DNA from: an uncultured Verrucomicrobiae bacterium
GTDB lineage: Bacteria; Verrucomicrobiota; Verrucomicrobiia; Chthoniobacterales; Chthoniobacteraceae
NCBI GenBank assembly: GCA_963828525.1
Contig: CAWHEP010000003.1
Location: forward strand, 50,751 to 114,750
Direction of reading: 5' to 3'
DNA length: 64,000 nucleotides
The notes beneath the pieces were generated by a model. The model was not told the origin of the DNA, did no database searches, and saw only the letters and a list, made by a program, of their open reading frames with translations. Numbering within the stretch: the first letter of the stretch is position 1; each line of letters begins with the position of its first letter. Positions 31,397 through 39,020 of this stretch are shown here, piece by piece. Both the position numbers and the translations under genes were made by a program.

Positions 31397-32062
31397 ATGA
31401 TCCAGAAACTCATAGCCGAGATCGGAAAAAGCCAGCGTCTCGAAATACTAAATGTTTTGAAGCGCACTCAAGGGCTTTCGGTGAACGAGTTGGCAGGCCG
31501 GATGAACATGAGCTACATGGGGGTGAAGCAGCATTGTGTGGAACTCGCGCGCGATGGCTACCTGGACACATGGCGCAGGGCAAAACCAATCGGGCGTCCT
31601 GAAATGCTCTATCGTCTCACAAGGCGCTCCCACGAGCTTTTCCCGGTCGCCAGCAACGAACTGACCTTGCGACTTCTGGACTCGGCCGAAAAGCTTTACG
31701 GTCCTGCCTCATCGGAGAAATTGCTCTTCATGGTATTTCAGGAGAAAGGCGCAAAGTATATGGCGAAAGTTAAAGGCGACACCCTCCCGGCTCGAACAAT
31801 CTCGCTCGCTCGCCTTCGCGACGGAGAGGGGTATATGTCGCAGGTTGAAAGCGGGAAGTTGCTTGCCATAGTAGAACACCACTCCCCAATACTTGATCTG
31901 CTGCGCGCTTTTCCCATCGTAGCGCGTCTGGAGGCCGAGATGTTTGAGAAAGTACTGAACATCCGAGTGGCAAGACAGGAGATCTCCGCATCGGGACTCT
32001 ATTGCTGCACGTTTAGTCTTGGCGAACCGGCGGCTGAAGAGCTCTTCGCGCACATTGCTTGA
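31397..32062 (+). CDS. winged-helix (ArsR-like) transcriptional regulator with a C-terminal domain of about 130 aa
   Basis: N-terminal RLEILNVLKRTQGLSVNELAGRMNMSYMGVKQHCVELARDGYL matches the ArsR/SmtB-type wHTH pattern. Confidence 0.6.
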   Translation: MIQKLIAEIGKSQRLEILNVLKRTQGLSVNELAGRMNMSYMGVKQHCVELARDGYLDTWRRAKPIGRPEMLYRLTRRSHELFPVASNELTLRLLDSAEKLYGPASSEKLLFMVFQEKGAKYMAKVKGDTLPARTISLARLRDGEGYMSQVESGKLLAIVEHHSPILDLLRAFPIVARLEAEMFEKVLNIRVARQEISASGLYCCTFSLGEPAAEELFAHIA

Positions 32063-32095
32063 TTTCTTTCATTTTTACTGATTGATTCATTGGAG

Positions 32096-32172
32096 GTGCC
32101 TGTAGCTCAATTGGATAGAGTTTCTGACTTCGGATCAGAAGGTTGGCGGTTCGAGCCCGTCCAGGCACACCA
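32096..32172 (+). tRNA. tRNA-Arg (anticodon TCG), CCA encoded
   Basis: Hand-folded cloverleaf: acceptor GTGCCTG/CAGGCAC, D stem GCTC/GAGT, anticodon stem TCTGA/TCAGA with loop CTTCGGA, T arm GGCGG-TTCGAGC-CCGTC, discriminator A, then CCA. Total 77 nt. Confidence 0.9.
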
Positions 32173-32294
32173 AATTATATGGCTGTGAGGCAGCCATCAG
32201 GGCCGCCAGATATACTAGTCATTTTGGCAATGTTACGTTCAGGTTACATTCAGCGCTTGACCTGTAGCAGCATGACATTTACAGGGGGAAGATC

Positions 32295-32705
32295 ATGAAC
32301 ATAAAAACACTAACCAGTTCGCATGTGCAACGCTTGCTCGAGTTGACAAAGAAACGAGAAGCTACCGCGACTGAATTGGCGCATATCGAAAGCCAAATCG
32401 CCGTTCTATACGGTAACGGAGAATCAACTATTCCATCCGCTGCCATCGCCGCGCCGCCTGCTCCAAGGCGCCGCGGCCCTGGACGCCCCCCCGGGAAGAG
32501 CGCCCAACCTGGCGCCGGCCGCCGGGGAAACCTCAAGGAGAGGATAATGTCGCTCTTGAAGACCGCGGGCTCCAAAGGGCTGAAGAGTACGAGATGTTGC
32601 GGAAGGAATTGGAGCGAAGCAGGGCGCTGTGAACGTGTGGTTTTACACAACGGGCAAGACCGTTCCGGGCTTAAAGAAGGTCGCTCCGGGAACCTTCTCT
32701 TTTAA
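32295..32705 (+). CDS. small coiled-coil / AT-hook-like / wHTH-like DNA-binding protein, probably frameshifted near 32584-32590 (restored frame ends at 32712)
   Basis: SD-like AGGGGGA lies upstream of the ATG. Sequence MNIKTL...PRRRGPGRPPGK...ERIMSLLKTAGSKGLK. Skipping one base continues as VRDVAEGIGAKQGAVNVWFYTTGKTVPGLKKVAPGTFSFKG*, which looks far more protein-like than the Cys/Arg/Gly-rich in-frame tail. Confidence 0.5.
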   Translation: MNIKTLTSSHVQRLLELTKKREATATELAHIESQIAVLYGNGESTIPSAAIAAPPAPRRRGPGRPPGKSAQPGAGRRGNLKERIMSLLKTAGSKGLKSTRCCGRNWSEAGRCERVVLHNGQDRSGLKEGRSGNLLF

Positions 32706-32790
32706 GGGCTAGTCGCGAGAACAATCACAGCCGGGTTCAATCCCCTGCTCGCGGAAAATCATCGCCCGGGCTTTGGATAGCTTCAGCTGA

Positions 32791-33843
32791 TTACCTTACT
32801 TCCGCAGCCTGCGCCGGAGGAAGGTATATCTTCACGTCTGCTTTCTGACGAATATCAGCCAAAAGCGTTTGCACAGCATTCTGACGCTTCTGGTTCGACA
32901 TGAAAGCCATCAGCTTCTCTTTCACTTCTGGAAAAGGAACTACCCTGGCATCCTTGCGATCCGTCGCCTTTATGATGTGATAGCCGAACTGCGTCTTGAC
33001 CAGCCCGCTTACTTCATCCTTTTTCAGCTTAAAGGCGGCGTCAGCAAATTCGGGTACCATCCTTTCCCTGGGAAAGAAGTCGAGGTCTCCACCTTTGATC
33101 TTGGAGCCGGGATCATCGGATAGTTCGCTGGCGACTTTTGCGAACGATTCGCCGCCTTTCACGCGGGCGAGCGCGGCTTCCGCGTCCTTCTGCTTCTTCG
33201 CGGCTACCTCAGGAGACGCGTCCTTGGGAACCGCGATGAGAATGTGACTGGCGCGAACAGTTTCCGGCATGTTGAATTTCTCGGGATTCTTGTCGTAAAA
33301 GCTTTGGGCGTCGGCTTCCGAAACATCTACCTTGCCGCCAATTTGCGCGTCTATCCACTTCCGCGCGCGGATGTTTTTGCGAAGACTATCCTTGATTTGA
33401 TCCAGTGTCTGGCCGGTGCGCGCCACTTCGGCCTTCATCTGCTCCTCCGAACCATAGCGTTGCTTCAGCCGATTATATTCCGCGTCAACTTCCGCGTCTG
33501 TGACAGCCACGTCAGCAGACCTTTTAGCAATAAGCTTCTGCATCACGATCTGGTCAAGGACTGCATGATAACCTTGCAGCTTCTGCTCCCGGCTGAAATC
33601 TGCGAGCGTCTTGCCGTGCTGGGCGAGCGCCGCGTTTAAGGTGCCTTCCAAATCGACTTTATTGATTGGCTGCCCTTCCACTTCGGCTACGGGATCCTTA
33701 AGCACGAAATCTGTGGGTGGCAGCGCGACGCCCGCGGGCTTCTCCACAGAAGGAGTGGCCATAGCGGACGCGGCCTTGGAAGTCGAAGACAGCGCGCTAG
33801 TAAGAAGGGGGGCGCATAAGACGAGGAGGAGAGTCGGTTTCAT
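32791..33843 (-). CDS. parvulin-type peptidyl-prolyl isomerase (SurA/PrsA-like), secreted
   Basis: The PpiC domain runs from ASHILIAVPKD... to ...GGDLDFFPRERMVPEFADAAF...TQFGYHIIK. ATG at 33843 gives the signal peptide MKPTLLLVLCAPLLTSALS. Confidence 0.8.
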   Translation of the reverse strand: MKPTLLLVLCAPLLTSALSSTSKAASAMATPSVEKPAGVALPPTDFVLKDPVAEVEGQPINKVDLEGTLNAALAQHGKTLADFSREQKLQGYHAVLDQIVMQKLIAKRSADVAVTDAEVDAEYNRLKQRYGSEEQMKAEVARTGQTLDQIKDSLRKNIRARKWIDAQIGGKVDVSEADAQSFYDKNPEKFNMPETVRASHILIAVPKDASPEVAAKKQKDAEAALARVKGGESFAKVASELSDDPGSKIKGGDLDFFPRERMVPEFADAAFKLKKDEVSGLVKTQFGYHIIKATDRKDARVVPFPEVKEKLMAFMSNQKRQNAVQTLLADIRQKADVKIYLPPAQAAEVR

Positions 33844-33923
33844 GTAGGGTGGCAAACTGGCATGCTTGGTTAACGCGCGCCAGCTATTCTTTGCTCGTAA
33901 AGCGTCGATGTTTTGAGAGGTTC

Positions 33924-36014
33924 CTATTGAGCTTTTGCGTCTTCAATCGCGTTTCTTCGCAAGCTCTCGGCATGCCGCAAAGCCTCGGCCGCATCAGCTT
34001 TCCTGCCGAGTTCATCAAGAATGACTGACAACATGGCGAACTCACCAGGTTGAGCGGGGTCACGACGAATCGCAGCCATCTCCGCTTCATAAGCCGCGTC
34101 TGGCCTTTTCTGTTTCAGGTCGACCTGCGCGATAAGATTCAGGGGCTCTGTGCCATGGATATTCAATGTACTGGCATGGATAAGCGCGGTAATGGCAGAG
34201 GCTTCGTCGGACCGGGCGAGACGCAGTTGGCTGAGGCGCATATACGAATCATAATGCCACCAGTGCCGCGCCGTATAATCCTCAACCATCCGTTCGGCGT
34301 CCTTCGCGCGAGAAGCCTTCTGAAGAATATCTGCTTCCGTGCTTACCAGATCCCAAACGTCAGGGTTTTTCTTGATCGCTTCGTCCAGAGTCGAGATCGC
34401 CTCCGCGACTTTTCCGTCCTCACTTTCCAGGCGCCCCAGCGCGACAGCCGCCGCCCATGTGCGCGGGTAAGGTTTCGCGCTGGAATCGGCTGGCGCCCGA
34501 GCGGATACCAAATATTGGCGCGCCTCGTCTTTCCTCCCAAGCTCCGCAAGATTGATCCCCAAGTTGATCCTCGCGGGCGCGAAGTCCGGGAACCGCTTTA
34601 CTCCGTCCGTCAAAACTTCCACAGCCTTAACATAATCGTGGCGCTGATTGTAAACGAACCCGAGGTTGGTGTACATGCGGGCCGATCCGGCTCCGGCGCG
34701 GATCGTCTGCTTGTAGAACGCCTCGGGGTTGGCCCATTCCTGGCTGCGGAGCGCTGTCCTTACCCCCAGCGCGAATATCGCCAGCACCAGCAGTCCTGTC
34801 GCGATAGGAATGATTCTCCTGTGAAGCGCGAAGGCACAGCCGGCGAGGAAAAGCAGGAATCCAATGCTAGGAATGTAAATCCAATGTTCGGCGACCTGCG
34901 CGTTCAGAGGAAAAAGATTTGAGATCGGCAGGAAACCCGCCGTAAACCAGACGGCGGAAAACAGGCAGAGGCGCTTCCCTTGGAAGTTTTTCGAAGGCAC
35001 CCATGCTAACAGGGCGAGTGTCGCAGCGCCAAATATGGATAAGTATTCGAATCGTATGTTTTGCTCCCAAACCTCGCGCGTGGCGTAAGTCGCAGGAGAA
35101 AAAACAACCCTTTCCATGTGCAGATCGCCCGGAAAAAGCATGAGGCTGCTGTAGTCGCCGAGGGCCCGAAGCATCAGGAGAATACGGGCGGGAAGTGTCT
35201 CCGCGGAATCTTCCCTCAAGGGCGTTCTCGGCCCCGGCAGACTGCGAAGAACGTAATATGCCATCACTACTCCCAACAGCGCGGCGCACACGGCCACGAC
35301 TGAACGCGCGGAAGGACGAGGTTTGGGCCCTGACGCCTCGAAGATGAGCGCTATGGTGAACAACTCCATCCATACAAGCCCCACTTCCTTGGAGCAAAGA
35401 GCCACAAGGGCGAGTACGAGAGCGAAGGCGTAGAGGCTTATTTTCCCACCGCGAGACGGCACCTGCCGTCCTTTCAGAAATCCCAGCCACGCCGCCAGAG
35501 CGAATAATGCGGCAAGGCTATCTGCCCGGCCCGCGATGTAGGCGACAGCCGCGTTATGGACTGGGTGAATCACCCATACAAGGGACACCATGAACGCAAT
35601 CCCCCGGTCATCCCGCGGATCCCGTGAGACGCCGGCTTCGCTCGTAAGACCCGGCAGGATGTTACACAACAGCTTGAAAAGGAGACACCCGCTAAGTCCA
35701 TGGAGCAGGATATTCGTGAGATGGTAGCCGAAGGAGTTCGTGTTCCACAGCCAGTAGTCCAGCATGTACGACCAGTTCTGAACCGGCCTGTAGTAGATCG
35801 AGAAGGAGTCGAGAAAGAGCCAGTGGCGAAATACCTCAAAGAAAAAGATCGGACTTTTGAAGAATGGATTCTCCCGAACAAGGTAATGGTCATCCCACAG
35901 GATGTCGCCTTGCAGTGCCGGAGAATAAACAAGCAGAGCGCTGCCAAGCAGAAACAGGAGCGCAAGGGAATCGCGAATCCAGATGACTGAGAGGGCCTTG
36001 GTTAATCTGCTCAT
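33924..36014 (-). CDS. TMTC/DUF1736-like GT-C membrane glycosyltransferase fused to C-terminal TPR repeats
   Basis: Polytopic N-terminus with the first-loop motif ILWDDHYLVRENP and YYRPVQNWSYMLDYWLW...GYHLTNILLH. C-terminal TPR array of about 250 aa. I prefer the ATG at 36014. Confidence 0.7.
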   Translation of the reverse strand: MSRLTKALSVIWIRDSLALLFLLGSALLVYSPALQGDILWDDHYLVRENPFFKSPIFFFEVFRHWLFLDSFSIYYRPVQNWSYMLDYWLWNTNSFGYHLTNILLHGLSGCLLFKLLCNILPGLTSEAGVSRDPRDDRGIAFMVSLVWVIHPVHNAAVAYIAGRADSLAALFALAAWLGFLKGRQVPSRGGKISLYAFALVLALVALCSKEVGLVWMELFTIALIFEASGPKPRPSARSVVAVCAALLGVVMAYYVLRSLPGPRTPLREDSAETLPARILLMLRALGDYSSLMLFPGDLHMERVVFSPATYATREVWEQNIRFEYLSIFGAATLALLAWVPSKNFQGKRLCLFSAVWFTAGFLPISNLFPLNAQVAEHWIYIPSIGFLLFLAGCAFALHRRIIPIATGLLVLAIFALGVRTALRSQEWANPEAFYKQTIRAGAGSARMYTNLGFVYNQRHDYVKAVEVLTDGVKRFPDFAPARINLGINLAELGRKDEARQYLVSARAPADSSAKPYPRTWAAAVALGRLESEDGKVAEAISTLDEAIKKNPDVWDLVSTEADILQKASRAKDAERMVEDYTARHWWHYDSYMRLSQLRLARSDEASAITALIHASTLNIHGTEPLNLIAQVDLKQKRPDAAYEAEMAAIRRDPAQPGEFAMLSVILDELGRKADAAEALRHAESLRRNAIEDAKAQ

Positions 36015-36053
36015 GGAACGCCCCTTGACGATAGGGATCCCTCGCCAAACGCG

Positions 36054-36103
36054 CAAACATCCAGTCGCCCCGGTTCAAAGGAGAACGGACGACTGGATGT
36101 TTG
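36054..36103 (-). terminator. long hairpin 15 nt downstream of pseudopilin 1 (terminator or mRNA-stabilising stem-loop)
   Basis: 14-bp outer stem, CAAACATCCAGTCG / CGACTGGATGTTTG on the coding strand, with a 22-nt loop that can form an inner helix. The U-tract is weak. Confidence 0.5.
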
Positions 36104-36118
36104 GAATTTATCCAGCGG

Positions 36119-36517
36119 CTACTTGTATGGAGACCAGAATGCAGCTTCCGCCACATCCGACAGCGTGTTGAATGTGGGTGCGTTCACCTTTGGAACGGTA
36201 TCAACAGAGAACGGCCCGTACGGGTTTCCGAAAAGGTCCGCTCCCGTCGCGTAGAGCGTCGTGCCGGTTTTCAGGTAGTTCTTCAAATCAGTGAAGTTCG
36301 TGACATAACCGGACGTTTTGCTGCTCTCGATGGCATACTGATCCAGGGCGTTGTCAAGCATCCGCAACTCCTCAATGGTGCGGGTGGCTTGTGAGCGCTT
36401 TCGACCGCGAATCCAACTCGGAATCGCAATCGCGGAGAGCAGGCCAATGATAGCTACGACAATCATGATTTCCACCAATGTAAAGCCGCCGCGTGTCCGC
36501 ATGAGCTTTTGTAACAT
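36119..36517 (-). CDS. prepilin-type N-terminal cleavage/methylation domain protein (GspG/pseudopilin-like), copy 1
   Basis: MLQKLMRTRGG|FTLVEIMIVVAIIGLLSAIAIPS has the canonical G|F cleavage site, Glu at +5 and a hydrophobic helix. Confidence 0.85.
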   Translation of the reverse strand: MLQKLMRTRGGFTLVEIMIVVAIIGLLSAIAIPSWIRGRKRSQATRTIEELRMLDNALDQYAIESSKTSGYVTNFTDLKNYLKTGTTLYATGADLFGNPYGPFSVDTVPKVNAPTFNTLSDVAEAAFWSPYK

Positions 36518-36597
36518 GGAGGGTCTTTCAGTTTTCAGGGTTGCATCACAGCCCGGCAGCGGAACCTCTGCTCCGTCCGCCCGCGCCTGTGAAACTC

Positions 36598-36641
36598 AAC
36601 ATCCAGTTGCCCGCGAACAACTAAGCGGACAACTGGATGTT
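36598..36641 (-). terminator. long hairpin 22 nt downstream of pseudopilin 2, paralogous to the one at 36054-36103
   Basis: 12-bp outer stem AACATCCAGTTG / CAACTGGATGTT with a 20-nt loop containing an inner CCGC/GCGG helix. Confidence 0.5.
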
Positions 36642-36663
36642 CCATGAATTTTTTCCTTCTCTC

Positions 36664-37071
36664 TTACATGTAGGGCGACCAGAACGTGTTGGGCGCCACA
36701 TCGGACAAGGAGTTGAAGGAAGCGGCAGGGACTTTAGGAACGAAGTCCACGGAGAACGTTCCGGAGTTGCCGTACTGGTTGCCGAAGAGATCGCTGCCCG
36801 TGCTGTAAAGCGTGGTGCCCGTCTTCAGGTAGTTTTTGAGGTCAGTGAAGGTAGCCGAGAAGCCAGTGGTCTTGCTGGTTTCGATCGCGTACTGGTCGAG
36901 AGCGGAATCCAGCATGCGGAGATCCTCAAGCACGCGAGTCGCTTGGGAGCGCTTGCGAGCACGGAGGAAGTTAGGCACCGCGATCGCCGCCAACAGAGCG
37001 ATGATCGCCACTACAATCATGATTTCAACGAGGGTAAAGCCCCCGCGATTCTTGTTAAGTTTCTGTAACAT
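36664..37071 (-). CDS. prepilin-type N-terminal cleavage/methylation domain protein (GspG/pseudopilin-like), copy 2
   Basis: MLQKLNKNRGG|FTLVEIMIVVAIIALLAAIAVPN. Collinear with copy 1 through to the shared C-terminus FWSPY. Confidence 0.85.
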   Translation of the reverse strand: MLQKLNKNRGGFTLVEIMIVVAIIALLAAIAVPNFLRARKRSQATRVLEDLRMLDSALDQYAIETSKTTGFSATFTDLKNYLKTGTTLYSTGSDLFGNQYGNSGTFSVDFVPKVPAASFNSLSDVAPNTFWSPYM

Positions 37072-37145
37072 ATAATAATGAATTACTGCGTTTGTTTATT
37101 GTTTTGAATTATGCGACTTCTCGCTTACAACCCTTATAAGCAGAA

Positions 37146-39020
37146 GTGATGCCACCGATTGACATAAAGCCAGCACCGAGCCGCAGGTGGTTTGCTTCTG
37201 TACCGGTCTGGCTCTTCCTCCTTGCCTTTTTTGTCCGGCTGATTGTCCTGGCCCGGTTCAGCAACTCCGCCTACCTCATCCCCGCAGGGGGAGACATGAA
37301 GTTCTACAATGACTGGGCTCTCCGCATTTTAAAGGGTGTGTGGACAGACCATCACGCTTTTTACGGTCTCCCCGGCTACGCGTTTTTCCTTGCGGGAATC
37401 TATCGTGCCTTGGGCTACAACCCCTTTGTGGTGGGGCTGCTGCAGTGCGCTTGCGAGGCGACAACAGGCGTCATTATCTACGAATTGGCGCGGGCTGTAT
37501 TCCCAGAATGTCAACCGCCTGGCCAGGTTTGGAGCCGGGGTGAAATTATTGGAATCGCAGCCGCGGCCGGCTGGACGTTCTTCGAGCCCGCGCAGGCCTT
37601 TTCTGTGATCCTGATGCCTACAACATGGCTGGTTTGCGCCTATTGGGCGTGCGTTCTGTGGGCCGCGCGGACACGTTCTTCCTCCGCGTGGCGGCCTTGG
37701 CTATGGATGGGGCTCCTGGTCGGAATCGTGTCTACGATGGTGGCGACGATCCTCTTCATAATCGTTCTTATTGTTGCCGCGATCTGGATCAACGTGGACT
37801 CCCAAAAGCCGCTCCTTGCCCGGCTGGCAAAACTGTCAGGGTCAGTCGGGGTGCTGTTGCTCGGAGTCTTTGCCGGCATGTCCCCCTGCTGGCTCCATAA
37901 CTACTTCGTTGCCGGGGAGCCAGTTCTGCTTTCCGCCCACAGCGGCGTCAACTTCTATATAGGGAATAATCCGCTGGCAAATGGCTATCCGAAAATCCCC
38001 CCAGGCCTCCGTGCCGGACAAGCCGGAATGCTTCAGGATTCCATCACAATGGCAGAGACGGCGGCCGGTCATCCCCTCACCCGCGCCGAGGTCTCCCATT
38101 TCTGGTCGTCAAAGGCCAACGCTTACATCCATTCTCATTTTTTAGAGTGGATTCGTCTAAATTGCATCAAATTTAAGAATTTCTGGAATTCCTTCCAGTA
38201 TGATGACCTTAGTCTCATCACGCTTCTGGAGGAGGAGGGTTTCCTCACCCCATCAATCCGCTTCGGCGTGGTTGCAGCGTTTGGGATTGCAGGCATGATC
38301 ATCGCTGGCATCAGATCGCCACGCTCACGCTGGATCATTGCCGCCATTCTTCTACACATGTGCGCGCTTCTCCCAGTGTTCATTACCGAGCGTTACCGCA
38401 TGGCGGCCGTTCCCGGCCTTCTTCTTATGGGCTGTTACGCGCTTTGGACTTTGTTCACCTCCCTCCTTTCCAGCCGCTGGGGAGAGTCACTGGCTGTCTG
38501 TTCGCTTTGCGCAGCCTCGACGCTTTTCGTGTCCTGGCCTGTATCGGATCCGGGCTTGTGGTCGCTGGACTGCTACAATACGGGGATCAAAGCAACTGAA
38601 GCCGGTCATCTTGAAAGGGCCAAGGAGAAGCTGGAGAAGGCCTATGCGTACGTCCCGAATAATTCTGAGATCAATTTCGCGTTGGGCAACCTTTGGGTGA
38701 AAGAAGGAGAGCCGCGAAAGGCCAAGGCGTTCTATCGCAGAACACTGGAAATCAATCCTCGCCACAGCGGCGCTTACGACAACCTGGGCATGCTCGCGAT
38801 GAACGAACACCAGTGGACGATTGCCCGCGCGTTTCTGTCACGGTCCGCGGACATCGAACCTGGAGACGCCAAAACGCACTTCCTGCTATCCGAATCTCTG
38901 CTGGAGGAAGGTCAAGTGGAACCGGCGGGAGACGAGATCAACAAGGCACTCTCCCTGGCGCCGGACCGAAAGGAATTCCAGGATTTGCAATCGACCATCC
39001 GCGCGAGGGAGCAACGATGA
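37146..39020 (+). CDS. GT39/ArnT/PMT_2-like GT-C glycosyltransferase fused to C-terminal TPR repeats
   Basis: 624 aa and polytopic, with the early-loop motif AGGDMKFYNDWALRI. C-terminal TPRs include AKAFYRRTLEINPRHSGAYDNLG. Start is GTG 37146 or ATG 37149. Divergent from pseudopilin 2. Confidence 0.7.
   Translation: MMPPIDIKPAPSRRWFASVPVWLFLLAFFVRLIVLARFSNSAYLIPAGGDMKFYNDWALRILKGVWTDHHAFYGLPGYAFFLAGIYRALGYNPFVVGLLQCACEATTGVIIYELARAVFPECQPPGQVWSRGEIIGIAAAAGWTFFEPAQAFSVILMPTTWLVCAYWACVLWAARTRSSSAWRPWLWMGLLVGIVSTMVATILFIIVLIVAAIWINVDSQKPLLARLAKLSGSVGVLLLGVFAGMSPCWLHNYFVAGEPVLLSAHSGVNFYIGNNPLANGYPKIPPGLRAGQAGMLQDSITMAETAAGHPLTRAEVSHFWSSKANAYIHSHFLEWIRLNCIKFKNFWNSFQYDDLSLITLLEEEGFLTPSIRFGVVAAFGIAGMIIAGIRSPRSRWIIAAILLHMCALLPVFITERYRMAAVPGLLLMGCYALWTLFTSLLSSRWGESLAVCSLCAASTLFVSWPVSDPGLWSLDCYNTGIKATEAGHLERAKEKLEKAYAYVPNNSEINFALGNLWVKEGEPRKAKAFYRRTLEINPRHSGAYDNLGMLAMNEHQWTIARAFLSRSADIEPGDAKTHFLLSESLLEEGQVEPAGDEINKALSLAPDRKEFQDLQSTIRAREQR

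Larger units (their letters stand above)
36054..37071 (-). repeat. diverged tandem duplication (pseudopilin gene plus 3' hairpin, two units)
   Basis: Two collinear units of about 470-520 bp. The proteins align end to end, and the 3' hairpin stems are near-identical apart from one compensated base pair. Confidence 0.6.

Noticed and set aside
31397-32062. SufR-like Fe-S-sensing regulator
   Set aside because: The size and N-terminal wHTH are similar, but the spaced C-terminal Cys ligands are missing (only an adjacent CC pair), and there is no suf operon nearby.
32173-32790. Genomic island or integrated element at the tRNA-Arg 3' end
   Set aside because: There is no integrase, no direct repeat of the tRNA 3' end, and only one small gene before normal housekeeping genes resume. 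The tRNA-like fragment at 32713-32755 does not match this tRNA.
36119-37071. Type II secretion or type IV pilus assembly locus
   Set aside because: Only two pilin-like genes are present. The window contains no GspE/PilB ATPase, GspF/PilC platform, prepilin peptidase or secretin, so I treat them as orphan pseudopilins.
38693-39016. 108-codon N-terminal extension of the GT-C gene in the ORF track (MGERRRAAKGQ...)
   Set aside because: It overlaps the TPR region of the upstream gene in another frame and is Arg/Gly-rich. The ATG at 39017 forms an ATGA stop/start junction, and the hydrophobic N-terminus begins there.
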